DNA from: Microlunatus sp.
GTDB taxonomy: Bacteria; Actinomycetota; Actinomycetes; Propionibacteriales; Propionibacteriaceae
Assembly: GCA_035630075.1 (NCBI GenBank)
Contig: DASQLI010000153.1
Coordinates: 2,242 to 66,241, forward strand
Reading direction: 5' to 3'
Length of the DNA: 64,000 bases
Shown: positions 19,007 through 29,679 of the stretch, in pieces
How positions within the stretch are numbered: position 1 is the stretch's first letter
Layout: each line of letters begins with the position of its first letter
Notes under the pieces: model-generated
What the model saw: the letters and a program-made list of their open reading frames with translations, nothing else
What the model was told of the DNA's origin: nothing
Database searches by the model: none
Made by a program: the position numbers and the translations under genes

Positions 19007-19804
19007 ATGACTGAAGTGCTCGTCCTCCTCCTCGTGGCCGCCGTGGTCGGCGGCTCACTGCTGTATCGGCGCAAAGCCGTCCAGCAGCGGGAGGCGGAGC
19101 AACAGGCCGAGCTGGAGAACCAGCTGTCCACCTCCAAGCGGGCCGCCGACGAGGACGTCACCAAGTTCGGCGAAGAGCTGCAGCGGCTCGACACCGATGT
19201 GGCAGGTCACCCGCTCGACGAGGCGATGCAGCAGGACTACCAGCGAGCTCTGGACGCGTACGAGAACGCGAAGATGTCCCTGGACCAGGTGCGCCAGCCG
19301 GATGAGATCAAGCACGTCACCGAGATCCTCGAGGACGGACGGTATGCGATCGCCTGCGTCAAGGCGCGGGTGAACGACCAGCCGCTGCCGGCCAAGCGGC
19401 CGCCCTGCTTCTTCAACCCGGCACACGGCCCGTCCTCTCAGGACGTCGACTGGGCACCGCCGGGTGGCGTCCCGCGTGCTGTGCCAGCCTGTCCGGCCGA
19501 CGCCGAACGGGTGCTGGCCGGGGCCGATCCCTACATCCGCACGGTGCAGGTGGGCGCCCAGCGGGTGCCCTACTGGCAGGGTGGTCAGGCGTACGCTCCG
19601 TGGGCGCAGGGGTACTACAGCCGCTGGAGCGGCAGCGACCTGCTGACCGGCGCGCTGATCGGCAGCTTCCTGTTCGGCGGCGGGGGCAGCATGTTCACCG
19701 GCATCGGCGAGGGGATCGGCGATATCGGCGAAGGCATCGGCGAGGGCATCGGCGGACTCGGTGAGGGCCTCGGCGACATGTTCGGCGGCATCTTCGGCGA
19801 CTAG
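19007..19804 (+). CDS. Hypothetical membrane-anchored protein with coiled coil, Cys/His motif and Gly-rich tail
   Basis: N-terminal TM; PCFFNPAHGPS...ACPAD; repeated GEGIG tail; codon usage typical of the genome. Confidence 0.75.
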   Translation: MTEVLVLLLVAAVVGGSLLYRRKAVQQREAEQQAELENQLSTSKRAADEDVTKFGEELQRLDTDVAGHPLDEAMQQDYQRALDAYENAKMSLDQVRQPDEIKHVTEILEDGRYAIACVKARVNDQPLPAKRPPCFFNPAHGPSSQDVDWAPPGGVPRAVPACPADAERVLAGADPYIRTVQVGAQRVPYWQGGQAYAPWAQGYYSRWSGSDLLTGALIGSFLFGGGGSMFTGIGEGIGDIGEGIGEGIGGLGEGLGDMFGGIFGD

Positions 19805-19830
19805 CCGAACCGCACGGCACCGGCAGGTGG

Positions 19831-20817
19831 TCAGGTGTCCGCGTGTTCCTCCGACCGTGTGTCCACGATCGGTGACAGCTCGTCGACGGGGATCACGACG
19901 ACGTCCTCCAGCCGCCAGTCCAGCGCGATGCAACGGCGTCGAGCCTCCTCCAGCATCGCGACCGTCGGGGTGGACGCCGGAACCACGAACGCCTCGACGT
20001 GGAACACGTGTCCCTCGTCCCGGGCCCGCACACCCGCGTCGCGCACCCAGTCCAGCTTGCGGAGCAGGGCGACCACCTGCGGCAGGACCGGGTGCGGGCG
20101 GGCGTTGTCGTACGTGGTCGGTCGGGCGTCCATCAGATCACGGACGGCGGATCGCAGGTTCTTGATGCCGTCGGAGACGATCGTGGCGGCGATGAACAGC
20201 GCCGCCACGGCGTCGGTCCACCACAATCCCAGCCCGATGCCCATCACGCCGATGATCGAGCCGAGCGCGGTCAGCCAGTCGGCTTTGTTCATGTCCGCGT
20301 CGGCGTACAGCACCTTGTCGTGGAGCGTCTCCGCCAGCTTCATCTTCGCCCGGCCGAGCAGAACCGGCGGCACCCCGGTGATCACCATGGCCCCGATCAT
20401 CAGCCACCCCAACCAGATCAGCTGACCGCCGATGGCCACCGAGCCGATCGCCGGGTGCTCGGCGCTGATCAGCCCGATCGAGGAGTCGACCACCAGGAAA
20501 CCGCCCATGATGAGCAGCGCCGTGCCCGACACCAGGTGCGCGGCCCCGATCGAGCGGTGGAAGCCGTAGGGTCGATCCACGCTGGGAGGACGGCTGACCA
20601 GCCGGACGGCCAGCAGGAAGCTGATCGGCGGCAGCACCGACAGCAGGTCCTCGATCCAGGCCGCCTTCATGGCCTGCGAGTTGCCGAGCACCAAACCCAC
20701 CAAGGTGATGGCCCCGGCGAGGAACGCCAGCGTGATCCACTCCAGCCGGACCGCTCGACGGAGGGCGTCGGCCTGCGGCTCCGGCAGGGTCGTCCTGCCG
20801 AAGGCCGGCTCGCTCAT
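19831..20817 (-). CDS. Cation diffusion facilitator (CDF)-like transporter
   Basis: SQAMKAAWIED, RPYGFHR, LYADADMNKAD; about six TMs plus C-terminal domain. Confidence 0.8.
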   Translation of the reverse strand: MSEPAFGRTTLPEPQADALRRAVRLEWITLAFLAGAITLVGLVLGNSQAMKAAWIEDLLSVLPPISFLLAVRLVSRPPSVDRPYGFHRSIGAAHLVSGTALLIMGGFLVVDSSIGLISAEHPAIGSVAIGGQLIWLGWLMIGAMVITGVPPVLLGRAKMKLAETLHDKVLYADADMNKADWLTALGSIIGVMGIGLGLWWTDAVAALFIAATIVSDGIKNLRSAVRDLMDARPTTYDNARPHPVLPQVVALLRKLDWVRDAGVRARDEGHVFHVEAFVVPASTPTVAMLEEARRRCIALDWRLEDVVVIPVDELSPIVDTRSEEHADT

Positions 20818-21305
20818 CGGCTCTGCTCCTGCTCGAAGAGGAAGGTCTCCAAGCTGCGCAGGAACGCGTTCTCCCCCATGGGCGTCGCCATCACCAGCTC
20901 GATCGGCTCACCGGTGGCGTCGACTCCGTGTGCGTAGGGGCGGGTGACGGCGGCCTTGTCGGTCCAGGGGGTGTCCTTGGTGAGCCCGCCCACCATCAGG
21001 TCGAGGTCGCCGTGCTCCAGCGCGGTGATCAGCTGCTCCTCGCCACCGACGACCCAGCGGACCTCGGCGCCGAGTCCGGCGGCGAAGTCGGCGACCAGGT
21101 CGACGTCCCGGCCCACCGGCTCGCCGGCGGCATCCACCCCGGTCCACGGTGGTTGGGGTGAGACGCCGACACGGAGCGTGCCCTGGCGGACGCGCTCCAG
21201 GGTGTCGTCGGGATCGGCAGGGATGCTGACGCCGCAGCTTGCCAGAGTGAGCACGAGGCACAGGACACCGAGGACAGTACTCAGCACGCGTGACACGCTC
21301 GTCAT
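20814..21305 (-). CDS. Short periplasmic-binding-protein-domain lipoprotein
   Basis: LASC lipobox; TLERVRQGTLRVGVS...GRDVDLV...DLMVGGL. Confidence 0.75.
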   Translation of the reverse strand: MTSVSRVLSTVLGVLCLVLTLASCGVSIPADPDDTLERVRQGTLRVGVSPQPPWTGVDAAGEPVGRDVDLVADFAAGLGAEVRWVVGGEEQLITALEHGDLDLMVGGLTKDTPWTDKAAVTRPYAHGVDATGEPIELVMATPMGENAFLRSLETFLFEQEQSR

Positions 21306-21474
21306 GCTCGACCCCATTCCTGTTACCGCCGCCATATCCCGTCATCCAGGACTCATGCAGCATGGCGCACAGTTGCGCCACGGAAGTCGATGCCTCGCCG
21401 TGCAGCACAAGAGGCGCTGAGGAGGACCTGACCTGCGAATGCTCTTCCCTCCGCGGTCTGCCGGCACAGCAGGT

Positions 21475-22332
21475 CTAGCCGGCGAGCGCTGCCACCAGCG
21501 GCACCAGCGTCTCGGCGCAGCCACCGTCGATCTTGACCGTGGCCAGGAGATCGCCGCGAGTGGCCCCGCGGTTGACGATCACCACCTCCCTGCCCTGCTT
21601 GGCCAGGTGCCGGACGAAGCGCAGTCCGGACATCACGGTGAGCGACGACCCGAGAACCACCAGCACCTCGCCGGCGTCGACCAGCTCGTAGGCGACGGCC
21701 ACACGGGCCTTGGGCACCGACTCACCGAAGAACACCACATCCGGCTTGAGCGGACCTCCGCAGTCGCGGCAGGTCTCGAGCACGAACCGGCTCCAGTCGT
21801 CGACCACGGCATCGCCGTCCGGCCGCAGCTCGGCGTGCTCGGTCGGCGGTTGAGCGTCCAGGTCGGGGTTGAGCTCCTGCAGTCGGCGCTGGATCTCTGC
21901 TCGGTGCCGCCGGGCCCCGCACTCCAGGCACACGACCCAGGCGATCTCGCCGTGCAGGCTCACCACCATCCTGCTGCCGGCGCGGCTGTGCAGCCCATCG
22001 ACGTTCTGGGTGACCACGCCGACCAGTCCGGCGGACTCGAGGTCGACCAGTGCTCGATGACCGGCATTGGGTACGGCGTGCCGCATCCGTCCCCAGCCGA
22101 GGTAGGACCGCGCCCAGTACCGCTGTTGCGCCGAGGTCGAGCCGATGAACTCCGCGAACTGCATCGGAGTCGCCCGCGCGGACGTGGGGCCGCGATAGTC
22201 CGGGATCCCACTGTCGGTCGAGGCGCCCGCACCGGTCAGAGCGGTCCAGCGTCGGCCGCCCAGCAGCTCGGCCAGCCGGGCGACCGCCTCCGGCCCCTCG
22301 GTCAGCTCGACCGGCGCGATCTCGACTGTCAC
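21475..22332 (-). CDS. Sirtuin (Sir2 family NAD-dependent deacylase)
   Basis: LTGAGASTDSGIPDYRG, VTQNVDGLH, LHG, CxxC...CxxC, LKPDVVFFGE. Confidence 0.93.
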   Translation of the reverse strand: MTVEIAPVELTEGPEAVARLAELLGGRRWTALTGAGASTDSGIPDYRGPTSARATPMQFAEFIGSTSAQQRYWARSYLGWGRMRHAVPNAGHRALVDLESAGLVGVVTQNVDGLHSRAGSRMVVSLHGEIAWVVCLECGARRHRAEIQRRLQELNPDLDAQPPTEHAELRPDGDAVVDDWSRFVLETCRDCGGPLKPDVVFFGESVPKARVAVAYELVDAGEVLVVLGSSLTVMSGLRFVRHLAKQGREVVIVNRGATRGDLLATVKIDGGCAETLVPLVAALAG

Positions 22333-22364
22333 GACAACGATTCTGCTCGGCCGGCCAAGCCGGT

Positions 22365-24627
<2,263 letters not shown>

Positions 24628-24672
24628 TCTTCCACGGCGCGTGAGCGACGCTGGTTCGGTAGCCTCCTGCAC

Positions 24673-25113
24673 GTGCAGTACGCCGCGTACGGGAGCAATC
24701 TCGACCCCTCCCAGATGACGTCGCGCTGCCCGCACTCGCCGTTGCGGAGCATCGGCTGGTTGACCGGCTGGCGGATCACCTTCGGTGGCGACGGCTGGGA
24801 CGGGGCACTGCCGACGCTCGTCGAGGATCCCGACTCGCAGGTCTTTGTCGCGCTGTACGAGGTCACCGACGCCGACGAGGCCACCCTGGACGGCTGGGAG
24901 AGTGCGGACTCGGGCCTGTATCGCAAGGTGCGGGTGCGGGTGTCCACCTTGGAGGGCGAGGCCACGGCTTGGGTCTACGTGCTCAACGACTTCGAGGGCG
25001 GACTGCCCAGTGCCCGCACTCTCGGGATCCTGGCCGATGCCGCCGAGGTGGCCGGGGCCCCCGCAGACTACCTGGCCGAGCTGCGGTCGAGACCGTGCGC
25101 GAGTGGTTGGTAG
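24673..25113 (+). CDS. Gamma-glutamylcyclotransferase family protein
   Basis: YAAYGSNL...M..RCP, LDGWE. Confidence 0.85.
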   Translation: MQYAAYGSNLDPSQMTSRCPHSPLRSIGWLTGWRITFGGDGWDGALPTLVEDPDSQVFVALYEVTDADEATLDGWESADSGLYRKVRVRVSTLEGEATAWVYVLNDFEGGLPSARTLGILADAAEVAGAPADYLAELRSRPCASGW

Positions 25114-25180
25114 GTGCTGCGCCGGCGACTGGTCGATGCTGCTCTCCCGGACGCCCCAGCCCGCTGGCTAGAGTGCGGGA

Positions 25181-25987
25181 ATGCTGGCCGACGAGGACCC
25201 GAAGGCGACTGCGACGAACGCCGCCCACGATCTGCTGGAGCGGCTCGGCCTGACTCGGCTGGACCTGGCCATGGTGCTGGGCTCGGGCTGGTCGGCCGCC
25301 GCCGACGACCTCGGTGAGACGGTCGGTGAACTGTCCCTGGCGGAACTGCCCGGCTTCAGCGCACCAGCCGTCGCTGGTCATGGCGGCGCGCTCCGCGCGG
25401 TCCGCACACCGACGGGCAAGATCGCCGGCATCTTCACCGGTCGCACCCACTTCTACGAGGGGCGTGGCGTGGACGCCGTGGTGCACGGTGTCCGGACCGC
25501 GGCGGCCTGCGGGGCGAAGATCCTGGTCCTCACCAACGGCTGCGGCGGCCTGAACCGTGGCTGGCACCCAGGCACCCCGGTACTGATCAGCGACCACCTG
25601 AACCTGACCGGGGCGACACCACTGCGAGGGGCCACGTTCATCGACCTCACCGAGGCCTACTCGCGGCGGCTCCGTGATCTGGCTCGGGAGGTCGACCCCG
25701 ATCTGCCCGAAGGGGTCTACGTGCAGTTCCGCGGCCCGGCGTACGAGACCCCGGCGGAGGTGCGGATGGCCGGCATCCTGGGCGGCGACCTGGTCGGGAT
25801 GTCCACCACGCTGGAGACGGTCGCCGCCCGCGAAGCAGGGTTGGAGGTGCTGGGCATCTCGCTGGTCACCAACCTGGCCGCGGGCATCTCCCCCACCCCG
25901 CTCAGTCATGCCGAGGTGATCGAGGCCGGGCAGCAGGCCGCTCCGCAGCTCCGGGCCCTGCTCGCCGGGCTGGCGGCGCGGCTGTGA
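25181..25987 (+). CDS. punA: Purine-nucleoside phosphorylase
   Basis: VLGSG, GRTHFYEG, LTNGCGG, GPAYETPAE, VGMST, VTNLAAG. Confidence 0.95.
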   Translation: MLADEDPKATATNAAHDLLERLGLTRLDLAMVLGSGWSAAADDLGETVGELSLAELPGFSAPAVAGHGGALRAVRTPTGKIAGIFTGRTHFYEGRGVDAVVHGVRTAAACGAKILVLTNGCGGLNRGWHPGTPVLISDHLNLTGATPLRGATFIDLTEAYSRRLRDLAREVDPDLPEGVYVQFRGPAYETPAEVRMAGILGGDLVGMSTTLETVAAREAGLEVLGISLVTNLAAGISPTPLSHAEVIEAGQQAAPQLRALLAGLAARL

Positions 25988-27645
25988 GCACGCCGCTGGA
26001 CCAGCAGCTGGCGGCAGCGGCAGCCGCCTGGTCGGCGCAGGACCCCGACTCCGACACCCGCGGCGAGCTCGCCGGTCTGCTCGACCAGGTCGACGCCGGA
26101 TCCCGGGACGCCCTCGAGGACCTGACCGACGCCTTCACGGGTCGGCTGCAGTTCGGCACCGCCGGTCTGCGCGGGGCGCTGGGTGTCGGCCCGAACCGGA
26201 TGAACCGAGTGGTGGTCGGCCAGGCGGCGGCTGGGTTGGCGACGTACCTGGTGGACAAGGGTCTCGGCGGTGGGACCGTGATCATCGGGCACGACGCGCG
26301 GCACAAGTCCGACGTGTTCGCCCAGGACTCGGCCGAGATCTTCGCCGGGGCCGGCTTCCAGTCCCTGCTGCTGCCGGTGCCGACGCCGACGCCGGTGGTG
26401 GCGTACGGGATCCGGCACTTCGGCTGTGTCGCCGGCGTGGTGGTGACCGCCTCACACAACCCGCCCCGGGACAACGGCTACAAGGTCTATCTCGGCGACG
26501 GGTCGCAGATCGTGCCACCGGCCGACGCCGAGATCGCGGGCCGGATCGACCAGGTCACCCGGCACGACCTGGCCGACCTGCCCCGCAGCGACGCCTACAC
26601 CAGGATCGGCGAGGAGCTCGTCGAGGCCTACCTGAACCGGGTCGTCTCGCTGGTGCCGGCCGACGCTGCACGGGCGCTCGACTGGGTCTACACCCCGCTG
26701 CACGGGGTCGGCGGCCGGATCGTGACCGAGGCCGCGCAGCGCGCCGGATTTCCTGCGCCCGAGATCGTGTCCCAGCAGGCCGAGCCGGACCCGGACTTCC
26801 CGACGGTGCCGTTCCCGAATCCGGAGGAACCCGGCGCGATCGATCTGGCGCTGGCCCTGGCCGAGCGGACCGGCGCCGACCTCGTGGTGGCCAACGATCC
26901 CGACGCCGACCGGTGTGCGATCGCGGCACCGATCGAAGGGACCTGGCGGATGCTGCATGGAGACGAGCTGGGTGTGCTGCTGGGTGACGACGCCCTGCGA
27001 CGGGGGGTCGAGGGCACCTACGCCTGCTCGGTGGTCTCCAGCTCGCTGCTTGCTGCGATGGCCGCCGCCCACGACCAGCCCTTCGCGACCACCCTGACCG
27101 GGTTCAAGTGGATCGGCCGAGTGCCGGGTCTGGCGTACGGCTACGAGGAGGCCATCGGCTACTGCGTCGATCCCCGGGCCGTTCCCGACAAGGACGGCAT
27201 CTCGGCGTTGATCCGGGTGCTGACCCTGGCCGCGGGCCTCAAGGCGGAGGGCCGGACCGTCGCAGATCGGTTGGACGAGATCGCCACCGCGTACGGGGTC
27301 TACCAGACCGACCAGCTGTCGGTCCGGGTGGACGACCTGACCCAGATCGCCGAGGCCATGACCAGACTGCGAGCGCGCCCGCCCAGCATCCTGCTCGGGC
27401 AGCCGGTGCAGGTGATCGATCTGGCGCACGGCACCGACGAGCTGCCACCGACCGACGGGGTGCTGCTGGCGGGCGAGCTGGTCAGGGCCGTGGTCCGCCC
27501 CTCAGGTACCGAGCCCAAGCTGAAGTGCTACCTGGAGGCCCGGGTGCCGCTGGTCCAAGCCGTTGACCTGGCGTCTGACCGGAATCGGGCTCGCGACATG
27601 CTGGCCGGTCTTCGCCAGGAGATGGCAGCCGCGCTGGGAATGTGA
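25984..27645 (+). CDS. Phospho-sugar mutase (phosphomannomutase/phosphopentomutase-like)
   Basis: FGTAGLRG, TASHNP, NDPDADR, GYEEAIG, RPSGTEPKLK. Confidence 0.93.
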   Translation: MSTPLDQQLAAAAAAWSAQDPDSDTRGELAGLLDQVDAGSRDALEDLTDAFTGRLQFGTAGLRGALGVGPNRMNRVVVGQAAAGLATYLVDKGLGGGTVIIGHDARHKSDVFAQDSAEIFAGAGFQSLLLPVPTPTPVVAYGIRHFGCVAGVVVTASHNPPRDNGYKVYLGDGSQIVPPADAEIAGRIDQVTRHDLADLPRSDAYTRIGEELVEAYLNRVVSLVPADAARALDWVYTPLHGVGGRIVTEAAQRAGFPAPEIVSQQAEPDPDFPTVPFPNPEEPGAIDLALALAERTGADLVVANDPDADRCAIAAPIEGTWRMLHGDELGVLLGDDALRRGVEGTYACSVVSSSLLAAMAAAHDQPFATTLTGFKWIGRVPGLAYGYEEAIGYCVDPRAVPDKDGISALIRVLTLAAGLKAEGRTVADRLDEIATAYGVYQTDQLSVRVDDLTQIAEAMTRLRARPPSILLGQPVQVIDLAHGTDELPPTDGVLLAGELVRAVVRPSGTEPKLKCYLEARVPLVQAVDLASDRNRARDMLAGLRQEMAAALGM

Positions 27646-27673
27646 TGTCGGCACCTGGCGCTAACGTCGGGCC

Positions 27674-28252
27674 GTGGCCACCTCGATCCCAGCCGAGTCC
27701 GAGCGCTTCGAACCCGCAGACCTCGCCGACTGGCACGACTGGCTCGCCGGGCACCACGCCGACGCCAGCGGGATCTGGCTGGTGACACCCCGCCGCCTGC
27801 CCGCGGGCAGCGACCTGACGTACGAGAACTGTGTCCGCGAGGCGCTCTGCTGGGGCTGGATCGACGGCCAGGTCAAGACGCTCGACGAGACTCGAGCGCT
27901 GCAGCGCTGGGCCCGTCGCAGCCCCCGCAGTGGCTGGTCCCGCAGCAACAAGATCCGGCTCGCCGAGCTCGAGCCGACCGGGCGGATCCAGCCCGCCGGC
28001 CGAGCGGTGATCGAGGCGGCCAAGGCGTCCGGCATGTGGGCGGTGTTCGACAGCGTGGAGGACCTGATCGAGCCGCCTGAGCTGGCTGCGGCGCTGGACG
28101 CGGTTCCGCAGGCCCGGCTGCACTGGGACGGATTCCCACCCAGCGCCCGCAAGCAGGGACTCGCTCAGGTCGCCTTGGCCAAGCAGCCGGAAACCAAGAC
28201 CCGTCGGATCCAGCTGATCGTGGACAAGGCGGCCCGCGGCGAAAGACCTTGA
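27674..28252 (+). CDS. YdeI/OmpD-associated family protein
   Basis: EALCWGWIDG, SGWSRSNK, AKQPETKTRRI. Confidence 0.85.
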   Translation: MATSIPAESERFEPADLADWHDWLAGHHADASGIWLVTPRRLPAGSDLTYENCVREALCWGWIDGQVKTLDETRALQRWARRSPRSGWSRSNKIRLAELEPTGRIQPAGRAVIEAAKASGMWAVFDSVEDLIEPPELAAALDAVPQARLHWDGFPPSARKQGLAQVALAKQPETKTRRIQLIVDKAARGERP

Positions 28253-28318
28253 TCCACAACGCGACACGTCACCACGAATATTGGCGGCACGCGCCGATCT
28301 GACGCTACGATCTTGCGC

Positions 28319-29677
28319 ATGGCCGAACACATTCAGATCACGCCCGACGACGTGCATGGTGCGTTGGCAGCCCACGTGCTGACCGACGGGATGGCGCTGG
28401 TGCTCGACCTGCAGCGCAGCCGCGGCTCACGGATCGTCGACGCGCGGACGGGTCGGCGCTATCTGGACCTGTACACCTTCTTCGCCTCCGCTCCGTTGGG
28501 GCTGAACCCGTCCGGCATCGTCGACGATCCCGCGTTCATGACCGAGCTGGCCCAGGCCGCGGCGAACAAACCGGCCAACCCCGACGTCTACACCACCCAG
28601 TACGCCGAGTTCGTCGAGACGTTCGCCCGGGTGGTCGGCGACCCGGCACTGCCGCACCTGTTCTTCATCGAGGGCGGCGCCCTGGCGGTGGAGAACGCGC
28701 TCAAGATCGCCTTCGACTGGAAGAGCCGCCAGAACGAGGCGGCCGGTCGGTCGCCGGAGCTGGGCACCAAGATCATGCACCTGACCCGGGCGTTCCACGG
28801 CCGCAGCGGCTACACCATGTCACTGACCAACACCGAGCCGATCAAGACCGCACGGTTCCCGAAGTTCGACTGGCCGCGGATCGACGTGCCGGCGATCACC
28901 TTCCCGCTGGCCGACCACTCGGCCGAGATCGAGGCGGCCGAAGATCTGGCCTGTGCACAAGCGAGATCGGCGTTCGAGGCATACCCGCATGACATCGCCG
29001 CGTTCATCGCCGAGCCGATCCAGGGCGAGGGTGGCGACAACCACATCCGGCCGGAGTTCTTCCAGCGGATGGCCCGGCTGGTTCATGATCACGACGCGTT
29101 GCTGATCTTCGACGAGGTGCAGACGGGGATGGGCACTACCGGCACCGCCTGGGCCTACCAGCAGCTCGGCGTGCTACCCGACATCGTCGCCTTCTCCAAG
29201 AAGGCCCAGCTGGGCGGGGTGATGGCCGGCGGCCGGGTCGACGAGGTCGCCGACAACGTGTTCGCCGTCTCGGGCCGGATCAACTCCACCTGGGGTGGTG
29301 GCCTGGTGGACATGGTCCGCGCCCGACGGATCCTGGAGATCATCGAGACCGAGGGTCTGATCGAGGCCGCCGTCGGCAAGGGCGAGCACTTCCTCAGCGG
29401 GCTGCAGGCCATCGCCGCCGCGCATCGCGGACAGGTCACCAACCCGCGCGGTCGCGGCCTGTTCCTGGCCGTCGATCTCCCCGACCGCGGCGTCCGGGAT
29501 CAGGTCGTCGCTGAGCTGTTCGAGCGCGAGCACGTGATCGTGCTGCCCTGCGGCGAGCGCTCGGTACGGTTCCGGCCCGCGTTGTCGGTCACCCCGGACG
29601 AGATCGACGAGGCCGTCGACGCGCTCGCCCGCACAGTCAGCCGTGTGCTCGAGGAGAGCACCGGCTCTATCGTCTGA
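28319..29677 (+). CDS. lat: L-lysine 6-transaminase
   Basis: YLDLYTFFAS, GGALAVENALK, AFHGRSGY, EPIQGEGGD, DEVQTG, SGRINSTWGG. Confidence 0.92.
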   Translation: MAEHIQITPDDVHGALAAHVLTDGMALVLDLQRSRGSRIVDARTGRRYLDLYTFFASAPLGLNPSGIVDDPAFMTELAQAAANKPANPDVYTTQYAEFVETFARVVGDPALPHLFFIEGGALAVENALKIAFDWKSRQNEAAGRSPELGTKIMHLTRAFHGRSGYTMSLTNTEPIKTARFPKFDWPRIDVPAITFPLADHSAEIEAAEDLACAQARSAFEAYPHDIAAFIAEPIQGEGGDNHIRPEFFQRMARLVHDHDALLIFDEVQTGMGTTGTAWAYQQLGVLPDIVAFSKKAQLGGVMAGGRVDEVADNVFAVSGRINSTWGGGLVDMVRARRILEIIETEGLIEAAVGKGEHFLSGLQAIAAAHRGQVTNPRGRGLFLAVDLPDRGVRDQVVAELFEREHVIVLPCGERSVRFRPALSVTPDEIDEAVDALARTVSRVLEESTGSIV

Positions 29678-29679
29678 TC

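Noticed and set aside
21475-22332. Sir2 anti-phage defence system
   Set aside because: Canonical stand-alone Zn-binding sirtuin deacylase with no defence partner gene
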